The notes below the pieces were generated by a model, which did not search any database, was not told where the DNA came from, and saw only the letters and a program-made list of their open reading frames with translations. Positions 63,499-64,000 of a stretch of 64,000 bases of DNA are shown here, one piece after another. The translations under genes and the position numbers were made by a program. The DNA lies in NCBI GenBank assembly GCA_965140705.1, contig OZ223300.1:1344001-1408000 (forward strand), written 5' to 3'. Within the stretch, counting starts at the first letter, position 1, and the number at the start of each line of letters is the position of its first letter. Origin of the DNA: an uncultured Arcobacter sp. Lineage in GTDB: Bacteria > Campylobacterota > Campylobacteria > Campylobacterales > Arcobacteraceae.

Positions 63499-63528
63499 AA
63501 TAAGTGGGTGTGCCCGAAGGCGAATTGT
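63474..63528 (-). ncRNA. Putative ~55-nt antisense sRNA overlapping the toxin 3' end
   Basis: Downstream of a consensus promoter; GCC-UUCG-GGC and CCCACUUA-UUU-UAAGUGGG hairpins, then U6; ends inferred. Confidence 0.55.
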
Positions 63529-63534
63529 AAGAGC

Positions 63535-63563
63535 ATTATATCTTACAATTTTTATTTTGTCAA
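63535..63563 (-). promoter_or_regulatory. Perfect sigma70 consensus promoter pointing into the toxin gene
   Basis: Minus strand TTGACA (63563-63558), 17-nt spacer, TATAAT (63540-63535). Confidence 0.85.
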
Positions 63564-63675
63564 TTTCTGTTTGGGGCTTGAAGATATAAATATCTTCGCT
63601 TTTACTCTTCTTTAACCGTCTTTGAGTTCTTAAATTTTGTTCTTGCTCTTGAAAATCTGAGATTTCCGCTTCTTC

Positions 63676-63874
63676 ACTTTTTGATGGCAAAAAGTAAAAC
63701 AAAAAGCCACCAACGGCTGCGAAGCCAAAGGTTCCCTCACTTATTATTTTTATCTTTTCTGATTGGTAAAACTCGTTTATTAAAACTTGCGTTTAGTAAC
63801 TTTTAAACACTCAGACAGTTACCAATCTTATTTAGAAAAGAGAAAAATAAACGCTCGGCTTCTGTAGAGGTTGG
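63676..63874. repeat. ~200-bp long-hairpin palindromic (MITE-like) element
   Basis: actttttg/caaaaagt; nested ccaac/gttgg, gaagcc/ggcttc, tcttttct/agaaaaga, gattggtaa/ttaccaatc. Confidence 0.7.
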
Positions 63875-64000
63875 GAGGAGGGGATAAGGTTGTTTTCTTT
63901 TGATAAAATTCTTTAAAAGTGAAATAAAGTTATAATTGTTTCTAATTTTTAATAAGGCTATTTTGATGATAAATAATGAAAAAAAGTTTTGGGATATATT

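Noticed and set aside
63481..63702. 73-aa - strand ORF as a protein antitoxin
   Set aside because: No antitoxin motifs, starts inside the palindromic element, and the consensus promoter lies within it rather than upstream; not fully excluded without ribosome profiling
63966..64000. ORF start (MINNEKKFWDI...) running off the window
   Set aside because: Too short to assign

Overview
AT-rich bacterial chromosome segment, very likely Campylobacterota (Arcobacteraceae-like), judged from the epsilon-type DapD, the rluD-flpA-trmB-ftsEX-envC and hemL-atpZ gene order, and the rpmJ-led alpha operon. Bases 1-38,007 are mostly housekeeping: livKHMGF, priA, dapD, ftsEX/envC, rodA, speB, hemL, rpoD, leuDB, rpmJ-rpsMKD-rpoA-rplQ, gatA and guaB, plus a heme-c GGDEF protein and an MBL-GAF-HD-GYP fusion. 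From 38,007 the window is more accessory: palindromic elements, a GIY-YIG/Rep-like gene, mazEF, duplicated lipoproteins, a LOG/deaminase/mmuM cluster, an orphan Panacea antitoxin, metX-xseB, radC and an orphan PemK/MazF toxin. The top finding is at the right end. The orphan PemK toxin has no adjacent protein antitoxin, but a perfect TTGACA-N17-TATAAT promoter on the opposite strand would drive a ~55-nt two-hairpin RNA across the toxin stop codon, a candidate RNA-antitoxin system. Also notable are a highly structured leader upstream of the rpmJ-alpha operon, three palindromic MITE-like elements with a strand-specific codon skew in flanking genes, and an NtrB-like pseudokinase behind rpoD. No rRNA, tRNA, CRISPR array or transposase was recognised. 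All assignments come from motif recognition by eye; no searches were run.
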